Of a DNA stretch of 64,000 bases, positions 37,111 through 49,762 are shown piece after piece. Under the pieces are notes generated by a model that searched no databases, was not told the DNA's origin, and was given only the letters and a program-made list of their open reading frames with translations. The stretch spans positions 4,165,775-4,229,774 of the forward strand of contig NC_057718.1 in NCBI RefSeq assembly GCF_004010195.1, given 5' to 3'. The position numbers were made by a program, and so were the translations under genes. Source of the DNA: Chiloscyllium plagiosum. Taxonomy: Eukaryota. The first letter of the stretch is position 1, and each line of letters starts with the position of its first letter.

Positions 37111-39765
37111 ATAGAACATGTTGCACTGACCTATGAACTATTCTCAGCTCACCCCCCTACACTATCCCAAAATCATCCATGTGCTTATCTAGGGATTGTT
37201 TAGATCTCCCTAATGTGGCTGAGTTGACTGCCTTAGCAGGTAGGGCATTCCACACCCTTACCGTTCTCTGCGTAAAGAACCTGCCTCTGATGTCTGTCTT
37301 AAATCTATCACCCCTCAATTTGTAGTTATGCCCCCTCATACAAGCTGATGTCATCATCCTAGGAAAAAGACTTTCACTGTCTACCCTATCTAATCCTCTG
37401 ATCATCTTGTATGCCTCTGTCAAATCCCCTCTTAGCCTTATTCTTTCCAATGAGAACAGACCCAAGTTTCTCAGTCTATCCTTATAAGACCTTCCACGCA
37501 GACCAGGCAACGTCCTGGTAAATCTCCTCTGCACCTTTTCCAATGCTTCCACATCCTTCCCGAAATATGGGACCAGAAATGTACACAATATTCTAAGTGT
37601 GGCCGCACCAGCGTTTTGTATAGTTGCAGCATGATATTGCAGTTCCGGAACTCAATCCCTCTACCAATGAAACCTAACACATCGTATGCCTTCTTAGCAG
37701 CACTATCCACCTGGGTGGCAACTTTCAGAGACCTATGTACATGGAAACCAAGATCCCTCTGCACATCCATACTACCAAGAATCTTTCCATTGACCCAGTA
37801 CTCTGCCTTCCTGTCATTCTTCCCAAAGTGCGTCACCTCACATTTAGCTGCATTGAACTACATGTGCCACCCCTCAGCCCAATTCTGCAGTTTATCCAAG
37901 TCCCCCTGCAACCTGTAGCATTCTTCCAAACTGTCCACTACTCCACCGACTTTAGTGTTATCTGCAAATATACTAATCCATCCACCTATGCCTGTGTCTA
38001 AGTCATTTATAAAAATAACAAACAGCAGTAGTCCCAAAACAGATCCTTATGGCACACCACTACTAACAAGACTCCAGGCTGAATATTTTCCATCAACACC
38101 ACTCGCTGTTTTCTGTCAGAAAGCCAGTTTCTAATCCAAACTGCTAAATCACCCTCAATTCCATGCCGCTGCATTTTCTCCATCAGCCTACCATGTGGAA
38201 CCTTATCAAAGGCTTTACTGAAGTCCATGTATACCACGTCAACTGCCGTATTCTCATCTACATGCTTAGTCACCTTCTCAAAAAACTCAATGAGGTTTGT
38301 GAGACATGACCTGCCCTTGACAAAACCATGTTGACTCTCTGAAATCAAATTGTTGCTTGCTCGATGATTATAAATCTTATCTCTTATCGTCCTTTACAAA
38401 ACATTTCCTACAACAGAAGTAAGGCTCACTGGTCTATAATTACCTGGGTCATCTCTACTGCCCTTCTTGAACAAGGGCACATTTGCAATCCTACAGTCCT
38501 CAGGTACTAAACCTGTAGACAATGACGACTCAAATATCAAAGCCAAAGGCACTGCTATCTCTCCCCTAGCTTCCCAGAGAATCCTCGGATACATCCCATC
38601 CGGCCAGGGGACTTGTCTACTTTCACTCCTTCTAGAATTGATAACACCTGTTTGTAACTAACCTCAATCCTTTCTAGTCTAATATCTCATACCTCATTCT
38701 TCTCCTCCACAATATACTCCTTTTCCTGAGTGAAATCCAATGAGAAATGTTCATTAAGCACCTCTATAATCTCCACAGGGTCTACACTGAACATCCCACT
38801 TCTGTCTTTGAATGGCCCTATTCCTACACTAATCATCCTTTTATCCCTCACATACCTATAGAAAGCTTTAGTGTTCTCCTTTACTCTATTTGCTAAAGAC
38901 TGCTTGTGTCCTCCCTTTGCTCTTAACTCTCTCTTTAAATCCTTCCTAGCTGATCTGTAACTCTCCATCGCCTTATCTGAACCATCTTGCCTCATCAACA
39001 CATAAGCCTCCTTCTTCTTCTTCTTAACAAGAGATGCAATTTCTGTAGTAAATCAAGGCTCTCTTACCTTATCACGTCCTCTCTGCCTGACAGGGGCATA
39101 CCTATCAAGGACACACAATATCTGTTCCTTAAATCAGCTCCACATTTCCATTGTCTGCATCCCCTGCATTTTGCTACCCCATTCTATGCATCCTAATTCT
39201 TGCCTAATCGCATTATAATTGCCCTTGCCCCATCGATAACTCTTGACCTGTGGCATGTACCTATCCCTTTCCATCGCTAAACTAAACGTAACCGGATTAT
39301 GGTCACTCTCTCCAAAGTGCTCACCTACAACTAAATCAAACACCCGGCCTGGTTCATTACCAAGCACCAGATCCAGTGTGGCCTCTCCTCTTGTTGGCCC
39401 TTCAGCATACTGTGTCAGGAAACCCTCCTGTACGCATTGGACAAAAACTGATCTATCCGACATACCAGTGTTCTACCATTTCCAGTCAATGTTGGGGATG
39501 TTAAAGTCCTCCATAATGACCACCCTGTTCCTTTCACTCCCAACCAGAATAATTTTGCTAATCCTCTCTTCCACCTTCCTGGAACGCTGCGGGGGCCTAT
39601 AAAAACTCCAAGCAATGTGACCTCTCCTCTCCTGTTTCTAACCTCAGCCCATAATACCTCAGTAGACAAGTCCTCATCAAAACTTCTTTCAGCCACCATT
39701 ATACTGTCCTTGACTAACAAAGTCACGCATCCCCCTCTTTTACCACCTTGCCTATTCTTAATGAA
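37111..39765 (-). mobile_element. CR1 LINE ORF2 (endonuclease + RT), frameshifted
   Basis: PTRGEATLDLVL, SDHN, PGNYRPVSLTS, QHGFVKGRSCLTNL, DFSKAFDKVPH, LVRPHLEYC. Confidence 0.95.
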
Positions 39766-39931
39766 GGCACCAACCTAAGACTGAGACAAGGAGGAATTTC
39801 TTCTCTCAGAGGGTTCTGAATCTCTAGATCATCTTGTCACAGGGGGCTGTGGGGGCAGAGACCTTGCATAAAGTTCAGGCTGAGAGAGTTAGATTCTTGT
39901 TCAGTCGGGGAAATACGGAGACAACATAGGA

Positions 39932-40062
39932 GATTCCTGAAGAAGGGCTTATGCCCGAAATGTCGATTCCCCTGCTCCTTGGATGCTGCTGACCTGCTGC
40001 GCTTTTCCAGCAACACTTTTTTCAGCACTGATCTCCAGCGTCTGCAGTCCTCACTTTCTCCT
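39932..40062 (+). mobile_element. 131-bp Penelope-like pLTR insertion with minimal hammerhead-like core and 13-bp TSD
   Basis: AGACAACATAGGA at 39919-39931 and 40063-40075; CTGAAGA-A-GGGC-TTAT-GCCC-GAAA-TGTC at 39937-39964. Confidence 0.75.
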
Positions 40063-40616
40063 AGACAACATAGGACAGTAGATGTGAGGAATGTCTCATC
40101 AGCTGTGATTCTAATGATGGTGGAAGAGACTTAAGAGTCTGAATGGCCTACATCTATTCCTATTTCTAACAAACAGTATTGAAAGAAATACTCCCGTCAT
40201 CTGCTTCAGAGATGTATATTTCCTGAACACTAGGTGAACTCCTGTGTTGATCCTTGAATGATACCCTGGGATATTTCACATCCTCCTGTAAGGTCAGACT
40301 TGGTTTAACACCTCAGGTCAGTGCTGCCTGTTCGAAACACACTGCCTTAGTGCTGCTCTGGATGGCCCCAATGTCTGCTCAAACCTCTGGAGGGGGAGGC
40401 AATCCCATCGCCTTCTGCCTCAGAGACAGAGAGCTCCCAATACACCACAGCTGACAGACTGCACCCTGTTGAGTTGTACTGTATCCAGCCCCATACCTTA
40501 AATGTGTAGTGCATTAAACACCAGGTGATTGTCAATATTTTTGATATATTCCTAAAATTTGAAAGATGAAGTAATATATTTCTCTCTGCTAATCTCCATC
40601 TGTTTCCCACACACAG

Positions 40617-40964
40617 ACCCATTGGCTGATCCAGTCCTCATTCAGGATCCAGTGGTCAGCAAGGTACCAGAGGGTGAAACTGCCGAGTTCCAGTGTGCCA
40701 TGTACAATGCCAGTGTGACTGACACTGATGTCCACTGGCACTACCAGCGACCTGGCAGCAACAGGAAGTGGGTGATAAGCTACTTTGTGAATGGCACCCT
40801 CACCAAGGCCCAGGGTTTCCACAATCGTGTTCATCTTTCCAGGAATGTCAGCAGGAACAGTTACATTCTGAGCCTTGTAAATGTGACTCGGAATGATACT
40901 GCTGTGTACAGCTGCAGTGTGTGGGGCTACATCTATGGAGCAGGGAGCCAGCTCAATGTAACTG
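40617..40964 (+). CDS. Gene B V5: germline-joined VJ-type Ig domain exon (intact, divergent subtype)
   Basis: cccacacacAG ... G/GTAAGT, 348 nt, phase 1-1; TAEFQC, VHW, DTAVYSC, YGAGSQLNVT. Confidence 0.92.
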
Positions 40965-42673
40965 GTAAGTCAATGGGAGGGAACATAGGCAGCTGCACAG
41001 AACCAACTGAGAACTGTTTTACCTTCACACTGTAGAGCAGACAAGTGGAAATTTATTATTTTATCCAACATGTTTCATATTGGGGCATGGAATGGGCAGT
41101 GGGAAGGTTAGTTCCAGAGGCAAAATACAAAGGTTGAATTGTGGAAATATGAGAATGGATTGATGCTTTTTCTATCAAGCCATGGATATGGGTGTTACTG
41201 GGCTGGACCAGCATTTACTGCTCCTCACTCATTGCCCTTCAGAACATAGCAGTGAGCTGCCTCTCTGAATATCTACAGCTTTGATTCCATCGAGAATGTT
41301 GCTCAGCTATTTCAGAGGGCAGATTGGAGTTGGCCACATTTCTGGATTCAGATACAGGCCAGACCAAAGGTTACACATTGCTGCCCCTCAAGGTTATCAG
41401 TGAACCGGATGGCTGTTTTCATTCACTCGCTGGGCCTGTCCCTAGTTGCCCCTTAAGAAGGTCATGGTGAGTGCCCCTCTTGAACCACTGCAGTCCATCT
41501 GCTATTGGTGAAGCCTCAATACCTACAGGGAGGGAAGTCCAGGATTTTGACCGAGCCACAATGAAAGAAAGGTGGTAATATATCCAAGTTGGGATTGCGA
41601 GTGGCTTGGAGGGATGCCAGCAGGATTTGGTGTACCCATATATATGCTGCCCTTGTCCATCTAAACGGAAGTGGTGGCTTTGGAAGATGCTGTCTAGGAA
41701 TCTTTGGTGAGTTTCTGCAGTGCATCTTGTAGATAGTACACACTGCTGCTACTGAGTGGTGGTGGTGGAATGAGTGGACATTTCTCTGGTGGATGCGACT
41801 ATGAAGAAGCAAGCTGCTTTGTTGAGAATAGTGAAAACTTCTTGTATAATATTTGAGCCCTAAGTATCCAAATTGCTTGACAGATTTCCATCACAAATGT
41901 GGCTTTTGCCTTGTAAATGGTGGACAGACTTTGGGGAGTCAGAAGGTGAGTTACTTGCTGCAGGGATTCAAGTTTCTGACCTGATGTTGCAGATATTGTA
42001 TTGATGTCTCATGATTCTTCTTCAGCCCCATTAAGAGAAGTAACTTCAGACTCAAAACGTAACTCTGATTCTCTCTCCATAGATGCTGTCAGACCTGCTG
42101 TGCTTCTCCAGAACTTTCAGTTTTATTTCCGATTTCCAGCATCAACAGTATTTTGTTTCTCTCTGATGAATGACAGCCCATTCTAAAGGCTGGGAAAGTT
42201 AAAATGTTCAATTCCTTAACTCCAGGACAATGTACAATCAATCCTCCAGACGGGGACGAACACAACAGCTGACATGGTTTGATGATTTGGGTGCATCTAT
42301 TAACATCTGGCTGGGAGCAGCCATGTTGGATGGACAGCCCAGAAGGCAGTTGTGAGGACAGCACCAGGCATTGAGCTGAGTGGGCAGTGAACACAAACTC
42401 TGTTTCTCCATCCTCAGGCACTGCTAGAGCTGATGAGTTTCTCCAACATTCCCTGCTTATGTCTCTCATTCTTTGAGGTTTTTGATGATACAGGAGGAGA
42501 TAGTCACACCTTTTGGGAAGATACTGCCAATGAGTTTCTCTTTTTCCTGCGGAATGTTCACTGACTTTCAAAAGGCTTCTCATGGCTCTTCAAATCAGTA
42601 CGGAGAGATTCCAATTGCGGGTTAATCTGCAAAGGACATCATGAGACCGAGGGGAGGCATTTTCTAAGATTCT

Positions 42674-42970
42674 GGCAGCACAGTGGTTCAGTGGTTAGCA
42701 CTACTGCCTCACAGCACCTGGGTTCAACTTCAGCCTCAGGTGACTTTATGTGTGGAGTTTCCACGTTGTCCTTGTGTCTGCACGAATTTCCTCCAGTTGC
42801 TGCAGTTTCCTCCCACTGTCCAAAGATGTGTAGGTTAGCTGGATTGACCATGCTATAATGATGGATTTTGGCGATAAAGGTGGGTGAATCTGACTGGGAT
42901 ATCATTTAGAAGGTCAGTGCAGGCTTAATGACCCACTGCCCTCTACCTGCACGGTAGGGATTCAATGAAT
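42674..42970 (+). mobile_element. Diverged HE1-type SINE
   Basis: GGTTCAGTGGTTAGCACTACTGCCTCACAGC head and HE1 body. Confidence 0.75.
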
Positions 42971-43004
42971 CTATGATCCAAATTGCGTGTATTTCTCCCA
43001 AAAG

Positions 43005-43348
43005 ATGCAAATCCCCCAATCCTTTACCAGTCCCCAACCCTGTAACATTGTCACCAAGGGTCACACTGCCCGGTTACAGTGCACCATGAGGAACACTGCA
43101 GTGACACACACCAATGTTTACTGGTACCAGGGCAGACCGGGAATAACACAGAGTGGGTTTTAACACACACCACGAGGAACATCACACAATGGAGCCCAGG
43201 ATTCACTGAGCGATTCCAGTCTTCTAGAGACCCTCCAATAACAGCTTCATTCTGACCATCACACATCTGTAGTCCAGAGACACTGGGGTCTATCACTGTG
43301 AAGTGTGGGGAGATATCAGTGGGATGGGAACCCAGGTGACTATAACAG
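43005..43348 (+). pseudogene. V6: VJ-type exon with stop codon and frameshifts (paralog of V4)
   Basis: tttctcccaaaAG acceptor, DANPPILYQSPTL* (TAA 43043-43045), 344 nt (not a multiple of 3), ends CEVWGDISGMGTQVTIT with G/GTACGC donor. Confidence 0.88.
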
Positions 43349-43539
43349 GTACGCCCTGTTGACACGATACTAACCAATCTCTGATGGACAGGCTGTTATG
43401 GGGGTTCATTTTAGTCCTCATCTTACAGTTTTAACTGTTGGCTCAAGATGGTTTTTTTTAAATGACAAACTTCACATTGTTTACAACAAATCAAATCAGC
43501 AATTGTAAACTTCACTTGGTACTCATTAGGAAGACATTT

Positions 43540-44130
43540 CCTATTGGCTAATTGTTGGTGGAACATTTTAACTTATAATTTTGCAATTGAAAGTCTCTGG
43601 AGCCCAGTGAACCCTTCCTCATTTGATGGGGGTATTTGTGGTGATGAGTCCTTTTCTCTGTCGAGGGGACACTCCTCAGTAAGGTGCAGGGAATTGTGTG
43701 TCTCTCCATACGTGTGTGACAGAGGGCTTTGGGCTGAAGCCCCCTGAGGGAGGGAGTTAGCTGCTTCAGGGATTCTGGCTGGTTCTCATCCTGTTCAGCA
43801 AGGCCCTCTCTCAGTATGGGAGCTCCAAAGCAGCCTTTGGACAGATGGCCTTTGACACAAGGGAAGAATGGGTCAGTGATATCCACTGTCTCCTTATTCT
43901 GAAGGACATCTTGTTAGTGGAACTTGCTCAGAAATGTTGCGCCGTATGGAGCACTCTGATGGAGAGGGAACACCAAGTGGATCATTGTGGAGAGGGAGCA
44001 CAGATCACTTCATCTAGCTTATGGGTTTTCATCAGTCACCAGAGGTGTCAGGGAGGGGGAGAGAAGTTTGTGAGGACAGGAAGCTGGGGGAGATCTGTTA
44101 ACAAAAAGGTTCTAGTAACAAAACACATTA
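43540..44130 (-). mobile_element. Highly degenerate Tx1-like LINE 3' fragment
   Basis: Weak similarity to the C-terminal region of the Tx1 at 5796-8114. Confidence 0.4.
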
Positions 44131-44729
44131 TTACCTTCAGTGCACTGTCAGTGAGATGTGAGAGATGATGCAGAGGGTCAGACAGGTGCCCAGTAGCCTG
44201 TTGCTGTGGAGGCTCACATCCTCCATCAGTGCTGTGCTTCCACTCACTCTCATTTTAATTCTCAATCCCACTCTGACCTTGACCTCAAACACTGTTTCAA
44301 TGAATTTCAAAATCAGCTCCAGGGAAGCCATTACATCATTTGACCTGGGATTTTACAACGCTGCAAACTCAAACTTGATCAGGACTAAGTACATTTGTCC
44401 TCTAACCTCAGATGGAATCATTGATAGCCTTATTTCTGGAAATCCTGATGAAATCCTTGGCTGTGAACAGCAGATGTTTGTCATAGTGACTTTGGCACAA
44501 CCATTCCATTAATTTAAATCAACACATGTTCCGCTCCTGGTCAAATGCTGTTTCTGTTTGGTGTTCCTTTCCATAACTTGGCTTGCTCAACTATATGTTA
44601 TGATCACTCTTGCAGACAGCATTGTCTGATGTCTTGACATTTCTTGCTGTAGAGAATACCTTGATTTCTTTTACAAGAAAGGAAGATTTTTGCTTGATCC
44701 ACCACTACTGTTTTGGGAGTGAACCTGCT

Positions 44730-45047
44730 GGGCGGCACGGTGGCACAGTGGTTAGCACTGCTGCCTCACAGCGCCAGAGACCCGGGTTCAATTCCCGCCT
44801 CAGGCGACTGACTGTGTGGAGTTTGCACGTTCTCCCCGTGTCTGCGTGGGTTTCCTCCGGGTGCTCCGGTTTCCTCCCACAGTCCAAAGATGTGCAGGGT
44901 CAGGTGAATTGGCCATACTAAATTGCCCATAGTGTTAGGTAAGGGGTAAATGTAGGGGTATGGGTGGGTTTCGCTTTGGCGGGTCGGTGTGGATTTGTTG
45001 GGCCGAAGGGCCTGTTTCCACACTGTAATCTAATCTAATCTAAAATC
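44730..45047 (+). mobile_element. HE1-type SINE, full length
   Basis: Near-identical to 10384-10695; A/B boxes and TAATC tail. Confidence 0.9.
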
Positions 45048-45836
45048 TAATCTGCCATTGTTTGTACCTCATCTGGAACACAGGCTATACCACTGTCATA
45101 TCTGATCAGTGTAATCCTGAAACTCTGTGTGCACAGTAGCATCTTTGACATGCTTTACAAACCCAATAACTCATGATCAATCTTGACCTGAAATTTCACT
45201 CCCACAATGTAATCTGAGAAATGTTCACATCCCTATGGACCTGCCAATGTTCCTGCCTCAATGATTGTGGAACAGTGTTCAGTGCTCAACAAAGCTATTG
45301 ACACAAGATAATCCGGTTTTTATGTTGTCAGTTAGCACTTGGAGAAGGAATAACTTTTAATCCTGTGAACGATGCATCCACAGATACCAAAATGAAAAAG
45401 TGCAGATTGGAATGCACTAAAACATCAGGACAGAGTGGCTTTACATGAATACTTCAAAAGCTGCAGTCTGCTCCTTACTTCAGTACTAAAGAGTCTAACA
45501 GTCAGACAGCAATGATACAGTCCCTTCACTCCAACTTGTCCATGCTGACCAGGTATCCAAAACTGAACTACCGTCAGATGCCTGTGTTTCACCTATGTTC
45601 CATTAAACCTTTCCTATACAAGTAGCTGTCCAAATGCCTTTTCAAAGTAACTGTACTCACCTCTACAACTTCCTCTGGCTCTCATTGCGTATACGCAGCT
45701 CCCTCTGCAACAAAACATTGCTCCTCAGTTCCCAACCTATGCAGCCTCTCCTTATAACTCAAACCCTCCAGTCTGGCAACATCCTTGTAAATGGTTTCTG
45801 CACAACATCCTTCCCATAGCAGAGTCACAAGAATCA

Positions 45837-46074
45837 TATTCGAACATTGTTGTACTAGAAAAGCACAGCAAGTCAGGCAGCATCCTAGGAGCAGGAGAAT
45901 CAACGTTTCTGGCATAATCCCTTCATCGGGGTGATTTCATCATTCCTGGTGAAGAGCTTATGCGAGAAAGGTCGATTTTCCTGCTCCTCAGATGCTGCCT
46001 GATCAGCTGTGCTTTTCCAGCATCACACTCTCAACTCTGAACTCCAGCACCTGCAGTCCTCACTTTTTCATCCG
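45837..46074. mobile_element. Penelope-like inverted pLTR pair with 10-bp TSD, inside a CR1 fragment
   Basis: ACAAGAATCA at 45827-45836 and 46075-46084; two oppositely oriented degenerate hammerhead-type cores. Confidence 0.65.
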
Positions 46075-46359
46075 ACAAGAATCAAATGCAGTATTCTAAT
46101 AGTATTCCATACCTCACTAAAGTCTTGTAGAGCAGCAACATGTCATTGCAAGCTCTTTTACAGTTTCAGTAAGACAAGCTAAGTTATCGATTAATTTTCT
46201 CACTGATTCACCATGCCTCAAAAGCATTCTATCTTACGGACATCAGTGCTGGAAATTCACCGATAGACCTCGTCTTCCTTTGATACACCATGAATCCTAG
46301 TTCTTGGAAAATGCAAGTTTAGAATCTCATCACCTGTCACGGTAACTGGCATTTCCTCA

Positions 46360-47095
46360 TTTCAAGCACAGTGAACAGTGGTGTGCCACGAAGATCGGTG
46401 CTGGGCCCACTGCTTTTCGTCATTTGTGTATATGATTTGGATGTGAAGAGACGAGGTATGGTTCGTAAGTTTGAAGATGACACCAAAATTGGAGATGTAG
46501 TGGATAGCAAGGAAGGTTACCTCAGAGTACAACAGGACCTCGATCAGATGGGCCAATGGGCCCAGGAGTGGCAGATGCAGTTTAATTTAGGGAAATGTGA
46601 GGTGCTGCATGTGAGGTCCTGCTGCAAATCAGGGCAGGACTTCTCCACGTCATGGGAATGTCCTGGGAGTGTAGCTGAACAAAGAGACCTTGGAATACAG
46701 TTTCATAGTCCCTTAAAAGTGGAATCACATGTAGATAGGACAGTCAAGAAGGTGTTTGGTACGCTTGCTTTCATTGGTCAGTGCATTGCGTTTTGGAGTT
46801 GGGAGGTCACGTTGCAGCTGTACAGGACATTGGTTGGGCCACTTTTGGAATACTGCATGCAGGGGCAACATTTTCATGCAGAGCATAGTGCGTGTATGGA
46901 ATTGAGCTGCGAGAGGAAGTGGTGGAGGCTGGTACAATTACAATATTTAAAAGGCAGCTGGATTGGTGTACGAAGAGGAAGTGTTTAGAAGGATATGGGC
47001 CAAATGCTGGTAAATGGGACTAGATTTATCTAGACTACCTGGTCAGCATTAATGAGTTGGACTAAAGGGTCTGTTTCCATGCTATACAGTTCCAA
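46360..47095 (+). mobile_element. CR1 LINE RT / 3' fragment with internal deletion
   Basis: SGVPRRSVLGPLLF, KFEDDTKIG, LYRTLVGPLLEYC. Confidence 0.88.
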
Positions 47096-47179
47096 AAGGC
47101 TATAACCCAGTGAGTAGGGCCTGCATTCTGTTGTGCTTTGACATGTTCCTCAGCCTTTGGTTATGGTACCCCTTCAATT

Positions 47180-48110
47180 GCCACACATGAGGATGTCCTC
47201 ATAACTCTGCTGTTCTCTTGAAAGAGATCCACACAAAATCTCAGTCCTCCATTTGTCTTTACAACAGTTATTAATGGTGAGAACCATTGTGTCTGCATTT
47301 TGACCGGTGTATGACCCTACTATCAATCATGGTGTCCAACTGAGGGATTACTTTTCCCTTCAGAGGGTGAGGAATTTTCCAGGTCGTGCATAAGCCGATA
47401 GGTTTCGTGTCTTCTGACCAAATAATGTGATACCCCTGCCTTAGTTTACCTAAATCTTTAATTACCTTTTGAAATGCTAGCTGACATTCTCCTATCTTCA
47501 TTCTGATGTATCCGACCTACTCTCTCTCAGATACCTGGGCACATATTTACATTTCTGCTCAGCAATGAGGCAGGCTGCTTGTCCAGGAGACATAATGCTT
47601 CAGTGCAATGTCATTCACTGTGAGTAATCTTCACTGTGAGCAGTACTCACTCCTGAGGATCTCTGCCTCCTGGTCCTTGGAGATGTTTCTGACTCTCACT
47701 GACTTCAACTGAGGCAAGCTGTCAGCCCGCATTGAAACAGCTGTGTCACGTTCCCATCCTGTTTCAAAGCCTTGCACCTTCAAGTTAATGACTTCCATTG
47801 CTCTAGACATTCTCCTCTTGCAGGAACTAGTCTTGGTTTTCGAGTGAAGGTGATTTTTCCACACAGTATTTTCTCAAGCAGCCAAACTGACCACACACTG
47901 AGAGCACTCCATCGCACTCTGCTGGACTGTCATTGCACTGTCATTGTGTTTGGCTCGATACAACGTCTATTCGATTTCACCAATGATGTTGATGACTGCC
48001 CTTCTGAAGTGTGGGCGTTTGGGGGGGTGTCAACACCAGCTTGGAGCCTGGCCGTCTGATCATATCAGAAAATTCTCAACAATTCCTCACGGAACCGACT
48101 GATTGTGGAG
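47180..48110 (-). mobile_element. Degenerate Gypsy pol fragment
   Basis: KIPHPLKGKVIPQLDTMIDSRVI followed by WFSPLITVVKTNGGLRFCVDL, the start of a Gypsy RT. Confidence 0.7.
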
Positions 48111-48673
48111 CCTGATGTCTGTCTGTGCATCAGAGCAAATTATCTATTCCAACAGGATGTTCTTGAGATCAAACACCTCTTTCTAAGAGCTTCTTCATCT
48201 TTCCTCAGGGTTCAGGCATGTATTTTGTGGACTGTGGACCAAATATGGGTGGAGATATTGCTTTAAGCCAAAGAAACAGTGTGAGAAGTTGTTTGCAGTT
48301 TTAATAAACGTTACTGCAACACATGAAACATTGCCTGAAGCAGCGGGCAGAGAATGAGCATCTCATCAGCATGTCATAAAGCAAGCAATGTTTGTGATTC
48401 TGATGGGGGCGAGAACTTGGCTGCTCAGAGTTTTTCTTTTTTCATCAAATTACAAAGACTCTGGGAATAATGGGGCTCAAGTTTGAGCTCCCTTCCCCAG
48501 TGAGGTACAACACCATCATGGGCCTTCTACGGGGAAGTATAAATGGTGCTGTCTTGTGTATGTGTGTGTAAAGAGTGATCACACAACCACCAATAATTGG
48601 TGGCCACCACTTCCCACCCCTGGCCAAGTAGATGCTCCATTTAACAGCTTAAACATGTCATTTCCTTTCACAG

Positions 48674-48793
48674 AGATAACTCACCTCGGGAAGACAAAAC
48701 TTGTTTGGTTTATTCTGGGAGCTCTGTTTGGAATTACAGGAGTAATTTTATTCATTGGATATACATGTCTGATAAAAAAGCAGTCTTCCACAT
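48674..48793 (+). CDS. Gene B transmembrane exon (EITHLGKTKLVWFILGALFGITGVILFIGYTCLIKKQSST)
   Basis: tttcctttcacAG ... T/GTGAGT, 120 nt, phase 1-1; uncharged hydrophobic helix, juxtamembrane Cys, then KK. Confidence 0.9.
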
Positions 48794-49697
48794 GTGAGTC
48801 AATCGTTCACTTTGTCTTGATTATTGTAGGTGGTCATGTTTGAGCCATTCATGAAATGTTGGCTGTTTCCTTCCCAAATGGGCATTATGTACCAGATGGG
48901 CATTTACAACAATCAAAGACAGTTTCATGGTCACCGTCACTGGGACCAGGATTCAATTCCAGAACTTGTTTTAACAATAAGTTGAACTGAAATTTCACCA
49001 AGTGCTCTGTTGGGTTTGAAAGTAATTGTACATTAGATTTATATGATCCAGGTAAAGTCGCCATAATCCCACTGGACTATCGTACTGTTCACTCATTAAA
49101 CAGAAACAACTCAGGGAACTCTGACCTTAGGGTCACCTTGCCTCAGACGACAGTTTAAGAAGGACAGTCCAACATCGTGTCCTCAGCTGCTGATGTCAAT
49201 GTGCTTCAAAAACCAGCCGTCCAGCCAGCTGAGCTAACCAATGTCCAGAAATGAGCACGTGTTGGAGAGGATTAGATAATGTTAACAGTAGCAGTCAGGT
49301 GACAGATTCTGGAGAATGAAGAAGTATTCTATCCCAGACAGAAATGTCCTATCTCCCAGTCCATTCAGTGCTACTGTGTAAATATAGAAAACTTTATAGA
49401 AACCTCCCAGAGTCCAATGACAGTCACTCTGAGAATAAGGAAACCAGGCCACAAATTACTTGAAGAGACATCCAACTCAGATCCTCAACTGGAACTAAAT
49501 CTGAAAACTCCCAGAGCATTAGCCTGAGCCTCTGGATTCCTGTAGAACAGTAACATTACCACTCTGTCCCCATCTGCCCGACTAGAACAGGAACGACCAG
49601 AACTAAATGTTCAGCAAGCCGGGAATGGAGTGATTCTTGGCAGCAGATCAATGTGGTGAAAATGACTGGAACTGATGTTTGATCATTGCTTTCACAG

Positions 49698-49762
49698 CAC
49701 AATCCGGACCAGCTGATGATCCGAACACAACTGCAGATTATGAAAATGTGAGAACACTGCAG
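49698..49762 (+). CDS. Gene B cytoplasmic exon 1 (SQSGPADDPNTTADYENVRTLQ)
   Basis: tttcacAG ... CAG/GTGAGT, 65 nt, phase 1 to 0. Confidence 0.88.

Larger units (their letters stand above)
36080..40170 (+). mobile_element. Old plus-strand CR1 split by a younger minus-strand CR1
   Basis: KGKSCLPNL..DFQKALDK at about 36110-36230; its 3' end resumes at about 39770 (GAGGAATTTCTTCTCTCAGAGGG). Confidence 0.75.

Noticed and set aside
20463-43348. Rearranging Ig light-chain, TCR or IgNAR V gene segments
   Set aside because: Each V already contains a J-like strand and ends in a splice donor; no heptamer/nonamer RSS, separate J or C1 exon was seen, and the downstream exons are TM plus ITAM.
44165-44512. 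115-aa ORF with a hydrophobic stretch as a stalk or TM exon
   Set aside because: No convincing splice sites, and only its 3' end aligns with copy A, where the frame is not maintained.
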